Shown here piece by piece: positions 1 to 12,699 of a stretch of 64,000 bases of DNA. Source of the stretch: Squalus acanthias. Its lineage: Eukaryota. Below the pieces are notes generated by a model. It saw only the letters and a program-made list of their open reading frames with translations. It had not been told where the DNA came from and searched no databases. The stretch covers positions 31,684,001-31,748,000 of the forward strand of contig CM059433.1 in NCBI GenBank assembly GCA_030390025.1, given 5' to 3'. The position numbers were made by a program, and so were the translations under genes. Positions within the stretch are counted from its first letter, which is position 1. Each line of letters opens with the position of its first letter.

Positions 1-214
1 CTCCGGGGCGATACCGGGGCGTTGCGCACTCTACTGACGTCACAACCTACCGGCACAGGAGATCGTGGCGGTAGTGTTTAGCGCCGCCGCAAAATGTCTA
101 GTTAATTTCACGAGCGGCGCAAACATCGCCGCGCCTGGGCGCTAGATGCTTTGCGCCCCATTAGCGCCCTCTTAAGGCGCTAACGGGAGGCGCAACCAAC
201 TGAATTTTTCCCCC
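1..214 (+). mobile_element. Right end of a Harbinger-type MITE (same family as 20410-21251 and 51065-51957)
   Basis: Ends CAACTGAATTTTTCCCCC; closely matches 21090-21251 and the reverse complement of the start of 51065-51957. Confidence 0.85.
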
Positions 215-217
215 ATG

Positions 218-952
218 GAATCTTACAACACAAAAGGAGGCCATTTGGCCCATCGTTCCTGTGCCGGCTCTTTAAAAGATCTATCAAGTTAATCCTACAG
301 CCCCGCTCTTTCCCCATGACACTGTAAATCCTCGCTGCATAAAAACAATTCTCATCTCCACACACCCCCCCCCCCCCCCCCCCCCCGCCGACCCACCCCC
401 CCACCCCTCCCCCGGTTCTTTTGCCAATTATCCTAAATCTGTGTCCTCTGGTTACCGACCCACTGCCAGTGGAAAGTTTCTCTTCATTTACTCTATCAAA
501 ACCCCTCATAATTTTGAACACCTCTATTAAATCTCCTCTTAACCTTCTTTGCTCTAAGGAGAACAATTCCAGCTTCTCCAGTCTCTCCACATAACTGAAG
601 TCCTTCATCCCTAGTACCATTCTGGTAAAACTCCTCTGCACCCTCTCCAAGGCCTTGACATCCTTTCTAAAGTGTGGTCCCCAGAATTGAACATAATACT
701 CCAGCTGAGGTCTAACCGGTGATTTATAAAGATTTAGCATAACTTCCTTGCTTTTGTACTCTATGCCTCTATTTATAAAGCCAAGGATTCCATATGCTTT
801 TTTAACAGTCTTTTCAACTTGTCCTGCCTCCTTCAAAGATTTGTTTACGGACATCCCCAGGGGGTCTCTGTTCTTGTACCCCTTTTAAAATTGTACCAGT
901 TAGTTCAGACTGTCCCTCCTCATTCGTCCTACCAGAATGCACCACTTCACAC
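218..952 (-). mobile_element. CR1 LINE 3' fragment (RT C-terminus and 3'UTR)
   Basis: KKAYGILGFINRGIEYKSKEVMLNLYK..VRPQLEY..QFW.PH, LEQRRLRGDLIEVFKIM; contains a poly-C expansion at ~366-410. Confidence 0.9.
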
Positions 953-1459
953 TTAAAATAAAGGTGTTGGAGCCTGAATAGATAACAGACTGGTCAGCTG
1001 CCCCAGGGCTACCATGAATGAAGGAAGGAAACATTGCTTAAGGGGCTGTTGTGTGAGAAATGAGAAAGAGTCCTGTGTTCGGTCCATGGATGTGTGCGCA
1101 GTAATATCTGTCATGAAAATTAAATTGCTGTAAGCATTTTAAAACTTTTTAAACTGCACATCCAAGTGAAAAAGTTAAATGGCTCCAGGTAGGATCAGAA
1201 GATTATACAGAAAGATTTGTTCAATGCAAAATTAAACAAGAACAGCTGCTAAGAACTGCCATTTCATTATCTAATCTACTGGAAAACCCATTAGCTGCTT
1301 CAAGCTGACGTTTTATTTGAATCCAGCATCACAAATTTTCTTTATAGCAATATTTATAAGTCAGTGAGAAAATCTGATGCAAATTGTTTGCAGAATGAAA
1401 TCAGTGGCAAGGACAAATCAAAGACAAGAGAGGGGGACTTTGAAAGATGTGAGCAAACA

Positions 1460-1895
1460 AGACAAGAGGTTATAACTATCAGGAAAGATTGAACAGGCTG
1501 GGGCTCTTTTCTCTACAGAAGAGAAGACTGAGAGGTGACCTGATAGAGGTCTTTAAAATTATGAAAGGGTTTGATAGGGTAGACGTAGAGAAGATGTTTC
1601 ACTTGTGGAGGTGTCCAAAACTAGGGGTCAGAAATATAAGATAGTCACTAATAAATCCAATAGGGAATTCAGGAGTAATTTCTTTATTCAGAGAGTGGTT
1701 AGAATGTGCAACTCACTATAAAAAGGAGTGGTTGACTCAAATAGCATAGATGCATTTAAGGGGAAGCTAGATAAGTATATGAGGAAGAAAGGAATAGAAC
1801 GATACGCTGATAGGGATTAGGTGAAGTAGGATGGACGAGGCTCGTGTGGAGCATAGACCAGTTTGGCCGAATGGCCTGTTTCTGTGCTGTAAATT
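1460..1895 (+). mobile_element. CR1 LINE 3' fragment
   Basis: RRLRGDLIEVFKIMKGFD-type coding remnant; 3'UTR ggccgaatggcctgtttctgtgctgt. Confidence 0.85.
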
Positions 1896-2096
1896 CAACA
1901 TAATATATGTAATGTAATGTAATGTAATTTAGGATATCACGTGAAGGATACTGTGTGGGCATGCATTTGCACACCACTGCAACCATAATGAGACGTGCAG
2001 TTGTAATTCAGCGTAAAGCCGCCACAGTGCATGAAACATCATTGTAACAAAGAAAATATGACTAAAACTAAATGACTAAACTGACTAAGACTGTAT

Positions 2097-4182
2097 GGGG
2101 ATTAAATTGGTTAGCCCCCGAAAACAGGCGCGGGGATCACGATGCGTGATTAACCCGCGGCCGTTGAGTGGAATGTCGGCAGCACGCCAACTTCATGTGG
2201 CCTGCTCATTATAATGATTTCTGTGTGCAGCCAGCACTAGCCGTGCTGTTCATTGGCTGCACACATCAGCAGGGAGCCCAACATGGTTACTTCCTAGCAC
2301 TACTTAAAGCTAGCCTGCATCTCTTAAAGGGGAGGTGCATTGTGGCTGCTGGAGGTGTTGAGATCATTGGGAATAGTGCGCTGTGCAACATTCAACAATG
2401 GCTGACCATGGGAGAGAGCGTGCACCAAGGATTTTGGACGCTGTACTGGAGGTCTTGCTGGAAGAGGTCGAATGGAGGAGAGATGTCCTGCACCCTCAGG
2501 GGGGATGGAGGCTCTCCAGACACATGAATAGAAAGCAGTGGCAAGAAATAGCAGAGGAGGTCAATGCCAGGAGTATAGCTCCAAGAATAAGGATGCAATG
2601 CAGGGAGAAGTTTAATGCCTCACACGAGTGGTCAAAGTCAGTAAATGCATCTTCAAATGCCATATTCCACCAACTGCACCACTAGCCTCACACACTGCTC
2701 AATTCACCACACTCCCATTACTCACCTTCCAAAAATCTCTATCAATCAGGACTCATACTTAACAATCATATGCTTCACCTCACCCTCACACACTTAGCAC
2801 TGTTGCAAGCCTCACACCCACATCTCACAGCGTGCACACACTGCCAGCTATTGAACCATAACAGCCACATCACCCACACAGATTGCACCACACTCACTGG
2901 CACACTTCCCTCCTCTTGCAGGACAAGGTGGCTCACAACCAGAGGCAGCAGGAACTAACCGGAGGGGGACAGGCGCACTCGCATGTTTTAACCTCCATGG
3001 AGGAGACGGTGCTGGCCATTATGGGAAGGGCCATTGCTGAGGCCATGGCCAGTGGCGGGCCTGACGCCATTGAAGATGAGGGCATCCCCATACCTAATCC
3101 TCCTTCTCTCATCCCACTTCTCCCTCATCCCACAATCTCTTCTGACTGACAAGCTGCAGATGGTGTAAGCATGCACTTCTTACTTTCTCCCCTCCCCTCA
3201 TCACAACCCTACCCTTGTCCCTTTTTCCTTTCACATACCCAGGAACTGCAATCTGCGCAGGCAGTGGAGGAAGAGGAAGAAGATAGTGAAGATGAAGGCA
3301 CACCATCACTCAATTTCATATTCGCAGCCAAAGGATGGAGGTGGGATCTGCATGTGGTGAGACACTGAACACAAGTGCGCTGTAGCCAGGGCTGGGGAAA
3401 GGATAGCACAGGTGACAGCTCGCTGGAGTGCACGGTTGCACACTAGTTCTGTTGTAGAGGACTCAGAAGATAACTTAGATGGGCAAGGCTACAGATGAAG
3501 GCTGACGGGTGTGCACAGCCAAATGCCTGTTGCACTGGGAACCCTGCCGGAAAGCCTGCGCTCAATGTCAAGGAGCATGGTGAATTCAAGCACCAAATTG
3601 GCACAGGGCTTTGTGCAGAGCTTGGAGCCATCCTTTCCAACATGGAAATGGTGGCTACCTCCAGCAGCACACCTGTGGAACCAACCATGATGCAGTGTCT
3701 GATGGCCGATGTCTCAGCTTCCATTGCAACACAAGCAGCATCCACCCAACGTCTGAGTGCTGCCATGGAAGCTCAGACTGCTGCCATCATGGCTCTGGGT
3801 ACCAGTGTGCAAAGTGGTTTCCAGGGCGTCACAGCACTCCTGCAATCTGTTCTCCAACAGATCTGCTCCCTAAAGACCCTCTGCGGATATGGTCTCCTGC
3901 TGAAAGCCCTTTCTCCCCCTCCTCCTCCTCCCTCTTCTTGCAGCTTGTGCTGCTCTGTGTGACCTCTGCTCATTCTCCCAGTCATGCTCAATGCCAAGAC
4001 GAAGGCCTACTGGTCCACCCATGTTTGGGAGCAACTGGTCTGTGCACAAGCCTTTACCAATATGGTGTCCGGCGCACTTCACGTCAGAGGTGTGCACACG
4101 CGTGCCGCAGATGTTATTTTGGAACATTAAGGGGCCTGGTAGCGCCCAAAAAGCGGGCGTTAACGAGCCCAATTTCGCACCC
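2097..4182 (+). mobile_element. Internally deleted PIF/Harbinger transposon (element A)
   Basis: TIRs GGGGATTAAATTGG / CCAATTTCGCACCC and TAT target duplication on both sides; Myb/SANT gene on +; only the N-terminus of the nuclease on - (~3865-4022); ends are homologous to 36995-44660. Confidence 0.85.
2398..3862 (+). pseudogene. Harbinger Myb/SANT-like DNA-binding protein, spliced and decayed
   Basis: MADHGRERAPR..DAVLEVLLEEVEWRRDVL...WQEIAEEVNARSIAPR..MQCREKFN; exon 2 after ttgcag at ~2921 (DKVAHNQRQQELTGGG); acidic exon 3. Confidence 0.8.
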
Positions 4183-4349
4183 TATATCTCAAACACTTTG
4201 ATTTTTTTAAATTTAGCATTTCCTCTTGTACATGTATCATGATCAATCCAAAGTTACTGAGTACTTTTCTAGGTTTAACTGTGACTTCATGAAGAATGGC
4301 CAGTTGGGTGAGATACCCAACTGCAACTCAGAATTTCTATTTTCAATCT

Positions 4350-4752
4350 TGGGATGTGGACGTCGCTGGCAAGGCCAGCATTTATTGCCTATCCCTAGTT
4401 GCCCTTGAGAAGGTGGTGATGAGCTACCTTCTTGAACCGCTGCAGTCCGTGTGATGAAGGTACTCCCACAGTGCTGTTAGGGAGGGAGTTCCATGATTTT
4501 GGCCCAGTGACAATAAAGGATCGGCGATCTATGTCAAAATCAGGATGGTGTGTGACTTGGAGGGTTACTTGGAATTGATGGTGTTCCCATGTGCCTGCTG
4601 CCCTTGTCCCTCTAGATGGCGGAGGTCGTGGATTTGGGAGGTACTGATGAAGAAACCTTGGAAAGTTGCTGCAGTGTATCTTGTAGATGGTACACACTGC
4701 AGCCACGGTGCGCCGGTGGTGGAGGGAGTGAATGTTTAAGGTGGTGGATGGG
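4350..4752 (-). mobile_element. 3' fragment of a second LINE family (CR1/L2 group, C-terminus ...FKKAAHHHLLKGN)
   Basis: AAVCTIYKIHC...KSWNSLP...FKKVAHHHLLKGN; same family as 24056-24765, 46684-46903 and 49468-50026. Confidence 0.8.
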
Positions 4753-6283
4753 ACTGAAGGAGTGCGAGCCAGAGAGGAAGGGTGAACATTGTAAAATAGA
4801 TTAGAAGCTTATTTATGGATTCCACATCAGTTTATTATTACTTTTTAAAACTTTTAAACCACTCGGTTAAATGAAAGAGAGATCTATGGCCAACAGTGAG
4901 AAACTGGTGCAAATGGCTGGGAATTTACAACCACAGGATCGGTGAAGGAAGGTTGATGGATTTTTATTTACATAAAAATTAATATACTCAAGAATTTATT
5001 TCATTTGTTGGAAAAGTTCAATTTTATTACCTGCCTGGAGAGCCTTAGCTCATGCCCAACTGTCTTTTGGGCTGGTTCATTGACATCACTGATGGGGGCT
5101 GTCACCATATGTCCTGAAGCGATTCCACAGCCATTAATGCATGTCGCTCAACTGACATCACTGACTGGGAGCTATACTGTCTATCAGCGGTGGCTATAAC
5201 TTGGGACGAGACTGAGGGCCAACCTGGAGTCATGGGACTGAGGGAAATTGCACCAATGGGGAAGCAGACTCTACTTAGAGTTTGGCCCATGCAAAATGCT
5301 GTAAGATTCTATGCTCACCCAACTCTCTATGGCCAGAATATGTTTAAATTCACTACTGACTTTGGTTGCATGGGCAGGCTTCTAAGTCACCTCCTAAGTT
5401 GAGTCTTGCTGTTCCCAAAGGTATTGATACCAAGAGATTTAAATTATATCACTGCCCGTCATGCCCCATTAATACTGCACCCAAATGGAGGACTATAATA
5501 TAAATGAAGTAAAAGAATTTATGGCAGAGTCTTTCCACAACAGAATTTCAGCACCTTTACCTTTCCACGATTAAATGACCAATTACCAAATCCAAAATTG
5601 ATTCTCACAAGAAGTTTTGAATTTGTATTCTTTTCATTCTTCATCAACAGCTGAGTTAACAGAGAAAAATCCCTCATTTTAGTCTTTTACATATTGTGAT
5701 TTAAATTTTGAATAATGAATTCAATACACAGATAATTTTGTATTCATACTTTTTTTTTGTTTCAGTTCTTCTAGATTATAAAGCTTATCAGTTTTAACCT
5801 TTATATCCACATCGGTCGATCTATAATTTAAAGCTGCATCTCCCAATATGCCAGAAATTCTGACACGTGTTGCATATAAACTGTAGAATTAAAATTGACA
5901 ATTCCACTTTAGTCAAGTTACAATGGCTCTGTGATGTCATTAATTAGTTTCAGTGTTTCCAAATACTGAAATCTTACAATGGCAATCATGTTGGGAGCAC
6001 TTTCTCCCAACTCCTTCCCAAGGAAACAATATTAATTTGAGACATGTCTGGGTTAAGAGCCCAGGAACCACCAAGGCTCAAAAGAATGGGAGAGAAGATG
6101 AGGTAAATCAAGATATAGTAATGGCAACTCCTGGTTTTTAAAAGGCTGTGGTCGGAGGTGAATTTTTCAAACAGCAGCACTTTGTTTTTCTAAAAGGTCC
6201 TTTGCTGCCTTCGGCTTCCTTCTCACAATGACAGGTGCTATATTTTAAAATAGGTACAGTTGGTGCTGTGCTACGAGAAGGGA

Positions 6284-6770
6284 TGTCAAGGCCTTGGCGA
6301 GGGTACAGGGGAGATTTACTAGAATGGTACCAGGGATGAGGGGCTTCAGTCATGTGGAGAGACTAGAGAAGCTGGGATTGTTCTCCTTAGAGCAGAGAAG
6401 GTTAAGAGGAGATTTAATAGAGGTGATCAAAATTATGAAGGGTTTTGATAAGAATAAATCAGGAGATACTGTTTCCATTGGTACAAGTGGGTCGGTAACC
6501 AGAGGACACAGATTTAAGGTAACTGGCAAAATAACCAGGGAAGAAATAAGGAGAGTTTTTTTTTAAGCAGCGAGTTGTTATGATCTGGAATGCACTGCCT
6601 GAAAGGGTGGTGGAAGCAGGTTCAACAGTAACTTTCAAAAGGAAATTGGATAAATACTTGAAAATGAAAAATTTGCAGGGCGATGGGGAAAGAGCAGAGG
6701 AGTGGGACTAATTGGATAGAGCCTGCACAGGCACGGTGGGCCGAATGGCCCCCTTCTGTGTTGTAAGAAT
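6284..6770 (+). mobile_element. CR1 LINE 3' fragment
   Basis: RVQGRFTRMVPGM...LEQRRLRGDLIEV; CR1 3'UTR. Confidence 0.88.
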
Positions 6771-6914
6771 ATATAATGCCATGATCTGATGCTCCCAGCA
6801 GGGAAAGCAGTGCTGATAGCTCATGATTTGCCATCTATTAAACTGATGGTCAGAAAGTCTCAGGGTGCACACTCGTAGTAAATGATGCAATCATAAAACA
6901 ATATCTTTCATAGT

Positions 6915-7427
6915 TAGGGAAGATGCAGCGAAGATTTACCAGACTGATATCTGGGATGGCAGGAATGACGTATGAAGAGAGATTGGGTCGATTAGGCTTA
7001 TATTAACTAGAGTTTAGAAGAATGAGAGGGGATCTCATTGAAACTTATAAAATTCTAACAGGACTAGACAGACTAGATGCAGGAAGGATGTTCCCGATGG
7101 CGGGGGAGTCCAGAACCAGAGGTCACAGTCTAAGGATAAGGGGTAAGCCATTTAGGACTGAGATGAGGAGGAATTTCTTCACCCAGAGAGTGGTGAACCT
7201 GTGGAATTCTCTACCACAGAAGGCAGTTGAGGCCAATTCATTAAATATATTCAAGAAGGAGATAGATATATTTCATAAGGCTAAAGGGATCAAGGGATAT
7301 GGGGAGAAAGCAGGGACAGGGTACTGAATTTGGATGATCAGCCATGATCTCATTAAATGGCGGAGCAGGCTCGAGGGGCCGAATGGCCTACTCCTGCTCC
7401 TATCTTCTATGCTTCTGTGCTTCTATC
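6915..7427 (+). mobile_element. CR1 LINE 3' fragment (subfamily whose tail is shared with the HE1 SINE)
   Basis: MRGDLIETYKILTGLDRLD...VVNLWNSLP; tail gatcagccatgat...gaatggcctactcctgctcct. Confidence 0.9.
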
Positions 7428-7429
7428 TA

Positions 7430-7970
7430 GAAGTTATTGTCCGAGTTGCGCCGCTCCACCATTAGCTTTTGTGAAAATGGCATATTGCTGCCTGCCTTGC
7501 CATTGGAATGCATTAAATGTCGTGAAGTTGCTTTATTTGCACGGTAGATATGAACTAAACCTGTCACAGATATTTAGAGCTAGTGATTACAAGCGTAAGT
7601 ACCCATTAGGTTGTGAATTGGTTACTTTTTCTTTCTGTCTCTTTTATCTCTCTGTTAATCCAATCTTTCTTTCCCTCTCTTTATTTCCCTTTCTGTGCTT
7701 GATTTGACATTGAATTCACACCCTTCAATTCACCCTCTTTTTCAGTCTTCCACTGTTTATTCCGCAATCCTTAATTCTCAGTGGTTAAGGATATACATGT
7801 TGGTTGCCCTGTTCACTCAGGTCCCAGATGCTCTGTTTCTCTCACTGCGTCATTATCGGCTCGCACTTTCAGCAACTTAGTGCGCAAAATGTTTTGAGCT
7901 GAAGGGTGCAGGGGCAAGTCGAACTAACAGCAGACGCCACTAGATGCACTGCTACAGCGAAATCTGGTCC
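7430..7970 (+). mobile_element. Truncated MITE, same family as 47008-47877
   Basis: Ends GCGAAATCTGGTCC; internal sequence is collinear with 47090-47877. Confidence 0.7.
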
Positions 7971-8644
7971 AATATGTTGCATAATCACAGCCGCGGCAGA
8001 AGTAGAGATGCTAAATTTGCCACAGAGTCCCTGGGCTTAAGAGAAGAAAGAGAAAAAAATACTCCACGTTCCCACTCCTGATTGCTGTCTGTTGGCCCTG
8101 GTGCAAGTGCACGTTTGCATAGAAGGTCAGGACAGGATCGGAGCCGGATAGGATGGCAACTAGGGTCAAATACCCAAATGACACTTGCTGTCTTGGTTCA
8201 CTGGCACAGTGGCTTGGATGAGGTGTCACAGGCCTGTAGCAGTAGTAATGGCTGCCCACTGTAATGTGCTCTGGCTGTTGTCCAAAACCAGCAGCCACAA
8301 AGACATCCAGACATGAAGATCAATGGAGCACCCGGACAAAAAGACGGCATTTCACTTTTTAAGGTGTTCCGTGGTCTTGCTTCCTACCTCCCTCGGCTCC
8401 TTAGACCTGAAGGGCAGCTGGGCACAGGGCCTAAGGCCTACCTAAGGCACCCTTCCTAATGGGGCCCTTGTCTGGCTTTAGGTGAGATGATACTGGAGGT
8501 GAAAGCACACCGCCCCACCTGGGGGAAGCCCCAGAGCTCCCAGGACAGTGCGATGGGGGAGGTGGGGGGAGGGGTGCTGAAGATGTCACGTTCTTGCTCC
8601 TTTGCATCACCTTGAGGCCATCACATTCATTCATTTTTTAAATA

Positions 8645-8957
8645 GAGTTATATAGAATTTACAGCACAAAAACAGACCATTTGGCCCAACCAATCTATGA
8701 CGGTGTTTATGTTCCACACGAGCTTCCTCCCACTCTAATTACTTCATCTCACCCTATCAACATATCCTTTTATTCTTTTCTCCCTCATATGTTTATCTAG
8801 CTTCCCCTTCAATGCATCTATGCTATTCGCCTTAACCACTCCATGTGGTAGCAAGTTCCACATTCTCACCACTCTTTGAGTAAAGAAGTTTCTCCTGAAT
8901 TACCTATTGGATTTATTAGCGACTATCTTATTTTTATGGCCCTTGTTTTGAACTCCT
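8645..8957 (-). mobile_element. CR1 LINE 3' fragment
   Basis: Reverse complement matches the 3' ends at 1620-1895 and 12750-13057. Confidence 0.85.
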
Positions 8958-9762
8958 CTAGTAATGGTTCTGTGACAACACAACTTCATTTCTCTCCTAA
9001 AACTGCATCTTTCAGTCAATCTTTTTGTGTTAATTAAGAAATGTCACTGCTTCGTAGTGGAACAGATTTCCATTTTTGCACCCAGTGTCGGCAACAAACA
9101 CTCACAGCCAGGTATAGAGCAGTGAGATGCAGAGTAATTCTCCTCCTATTCAGCACCAACAATGACTTGTAATTTGCAGTTTTTGTCATTTTGCATTGTT
9201 ATGTATGATCCAGCCAGCAACAGAATGGTAGGTTTGCATGGTTTTGAGTATTGTCGTTTTGTTGTCTGCGGTTTCCTTAGCGAGAACGAGAAAAAAAAGC
9301 AACCAATCATGACACACTATTAACATATCTCAAGCAACAACGCTATGTAGATGTGATGAAGAGTTCAGTAATCTGGCTGAGGCATATGTTTTGCAAAATG
9401 GCTCAGCAGAAAATTTGTGAAGCCTCTTTTTTCCCACTATGTCCTTGTCAACTGCACTATGTAAAAAGACAGGAAGTTGGCCTCTTGTCATGCTATGGAG
9501 GCAACAAGCGTAGCAATATGTCACAGATAATGTCACAACAGCACGGGATATATATGCAAATAAAGGAACAGAGCAATTCTTAAAAATATATGCAAGGAAT
9601 GCTGCACTCAGACAGAGAAATGTTAACAAGGCGAAAGGTATCAGGAATGATATTAATAAGCTTACGGAAATTAGAGTAGACATAACTTGACGGCGAACAT
9701 GATGTACTGCAGGAAGAGAGATCATGAACCAACTCACCCTGTCTCAATCAGCACTGCTCTTT

Positions 9763-10212
9763 GTCAGCAGTGGCTCAGTGGGTAGCACTTGCATATCTGA
9801 GTCAGAAGGTTGTGGGTTCAAGTCCCACTCTAGAAACCTGAACACATAATCCAGGCTGACACTCCAGTACAGACTTGAGGGAGTGCTGCACTGCCGGAGG
9901 TGCCATCTTTCGGATGAGTTGCTAAATTGAGGCCCTGTCTGCCCTCTCAGTTGGACATAAAAGATTCCACGGCAATATTCAAAGAAGAGCAGGGGAGCTA
10001 TCCCCGATGTCCTGGCCAATATTTATCCCTCAATCAACATCACTAAACCAGATTATCTGGTCATTATCACATGTCTCTTTGTGGGAGCTTGCTGTGCACA
10101 AATTGGCTGCCGTGTTCCCTACATTACAACAGTGACTACACTTCAAAAGTACTTCATTTTCTGTAAAGCGCTTTGGGACATCCTGAGGTCGTGAAAGTTG
10201 CAAGTGTTTCTT
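9763..10212 (+). mobile_element. tRNA-headed Deu-domain SINE (SacSINE/AmnSINE-like) with L2-type tail
   Basis: A box tggctcagtggg, B box ggttcaagtcc; Deu core gagggagtgctgcactg...tttcggatgag...aaaagat; tail gtaaagcgctttgggacatcctgaggtcgtgaaag. Confidence 0.85.
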
Positions 10213-12196
10213 TTGTTGCCAGAAAAAGCGGTCAGCCTGAGGATTGGGATCTTTTTAGAAATCAGCAAAGGGGGACCAAGAAATTGATAAAGAAAGGGAA
10301 AATGGAATATGAGCACAAACTAGCGAAAAATATAAAAACGGATTGTAAAAGCTTCTATAGGTATGCGAAAAGGAAAAGACTGGCGAAGGTAAATGTAGGT
10401 CCTTTACAGTCAGAGACGGGAGAATTTATAATGGGGAATGAGGAAATGGCAGAGAAATTAAATAAATACTTTGTTTCTGTCTTCATGGAGGAAGACACAA
10501 AAAACCTCCCAGAAATACAAGAAAACCAAGGGTGTGACGAGAATGAGGAACTTAAAGAAATTATTATTAGTAAAAAAACAGTACTAGCAAAATTAATGGG
10601 ACTAAAAGTCGTCAAATCCCAAGGACCGGATGACCTGCATCCTAGGGTTTTGAAAGAGGTGGCCATTGGAATAGTGGACGCATTGGTTGTCATCTTCCAA
10701 AATTCTATAGATTCTGGAATGGTTCCTGCGGATTGGAGGATAGCAAATGTAACCCCGCTATTTAAGAAAGGAGGGAGAGAGAAAATGGGGAACTACAGAC
10801 CTGTTAGCCTCACATCAGTAGTTGGGAAAATGCTGGAATCTATTATAAAGGATGCAATAACTGGGCACTTAGAAACTAATAGTAAGATTGGGCAGAGTCA
10901 ACATGGATTTATGAAAGGGAAATCCTCTTTGACAAACCTATTGGAGTTCTTTGAGGATGTAACTAGTGGAGTAGACAAAGTGGAACCGGTAGATGTGGTG
11001 TATCTGGATTTTCAGAAGGCCTTCGATAAGGTCCCACACAAGAGGTTGGTGAACAAAATTAGGGCACATGGAATTCGGGGTAATATACCAGCATGGATTG
11101 AGAATTGGTTAACAGACAGAAAACAAAGAGTAGGGATAAACGGGTCTTTTTCAGGATGGCAGGCTGTGACTAGTGGGGTACCGCAGGGATCGGTGCTTGT
11201 GCCCCAGCTATTCACAATCTATATCAATGATTTGGATGAGGGGACTAAATGTAACATTTCCAAATTTGCTGATGATACAAAGCTAGGTGGCAGTGTTAGT
11301 TGCGAAGAGGATGTGAAGAGGCTTCAAGGGGATCTCGACAGGCTCAGTGAGTGGGCGAGAACATGGCAGATGGAATATAATGTGGATAAATGTGAAGTTA
11401 TCCACTTTGGTAGAAAAAACAGAAAGGCAGAGTATTTCCTAAATGGTGAAAGATTGGGGAATGCAGATGCTCAAAGGGACTTGGGAGTCCTTGTACATGA
11501 GTCACTGAAAGTGAATGTGCAGGTGCAGCAAGCCATTAGGAAGGCAAATGGTATGCTGGCCTTCATTACAAGAGGATTTGAGTACAGGAGTAAAGAAGTC
11601 TTACTCCAATTATATAGGGCCTTGGTGAGACCACACCTGGAGTACTGTGTACAATTTTGGTCTCCTTACCTAAGGAAGGATATACTTGCCATAGAGGGAG
11701 TGCAACGAAAGTTCACAAGATTGATTCCTGGGATGACGGGACTATTGTATGAGAAGAAATTGAGTAAACTAGGCCTGTATTCTCTTGAATTCAGAAGGAT
11801 GGGAGGGGATCTCATTGAACCACACAAAATTATTACAGGGCTTGATAGGGTGGATGCTGAGAGAATGTTTCCCTTAGCTGGGGAGTCTAGAACCAGGGGC
11901 CACAGCCTCAAGATAAAGGGTAGGCCATTCAGGACTGAGATGAGAAGACATTTCTTCACACAGAGGGTGGTGAATCTTTGGAATTCTCTACCCCAGAGGG
12001 CTGTGGAGGCTCAGTCATTGGGTATATTCAAAACAGAAGTCGATAGATTTCTGACTACTAAGGGCATCAAGGGATATGGCGATAGGGCCGGTGAATGGAG
12101 TTGAGGCAGTAGATCAGCCATGATCTCATTGAATGGCGGAGCAGGCTCGACGGGCCCAATGGCCTACTCCTGCTCCTATTTCTTATGTTCCTATGT
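10213..12196 (+). mobile_element. 5'-truncated CR1 LINE with an uninterrupted reverse-transcriptase frame
   Basis: Open frame to 12104 with NYRPVSLTS, QHGF, YLDFQKAFDKV, GVPQGSVL and FADD; no endonuclease domain; tail cttatgttcctatg. Confidence 0.95.
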
Positions 12197-12699
12197 TAAA
12201 GGTTAGATTTGAACATAACAGGAAATTGCAGGTATGTGGACGATATCATGTGAAACTGCTTATTAAATATGAGTTGAGTACTGTGTTTCTATTCAGGAGA
12301 GAGCCTCTTGAAGGTATCGAGACTGTAGGTGTTGGAGAGCTGAACATTGGTTTGCACGATACTTTTCCTGACCTTTGCCCCTCAGGGTATGCCCATTTCT
12401 CTGACACAAAGGTCAAGCGAAAGGGGTGAAGATTCTTTATGCTGTGACTCTGCCTCCTTTATGTTGCCCTGGAATTTCCACCGCTAACGCGGGGTTGGGG
12501 ATGGGGGAGCTTCTCCTGCACTTGCAGTAGGTGCAGGCCTACGGTTCACAAGTAAAGAGGCAGAAAGAGGCGTTCCGACCTCGAGCCTCTATCCCCTGCT
12601 GTAACATGTATGGGATGTCCAGATGCAGTGGTGCCTGATGAAGCTGGTGGTTAGCTTGCGCCAAAGTGTCTGAGTGGGGCCCAGCAGCAATCTAATGGT

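Noticed and set aside
5954..6102. Possible coding exon (tttcag...gag|gtaaat, one open frame)
   Set aside because: The polypyrimidine tract is weak, the peptide is unrecognisable and no partner exons were found.
9330..9737. 135-aa ORF with a partial paralog at 17288-17485, suggesting a duplicated membrane-protein gene
   Set aside because: The two copies differ by 1-bp and 7-bp indels, so the frame is not conserved.
9763..9835. tRNA gene (also 55212-55280)
   Set aside because: These are SINE heads continuous with SINE core and tail; no complete cloverleaf is evident.
12634..12670. Hammerhead-like CTGATGA plus hairpin
   Set aside because: There is no GAAA core after the stem.
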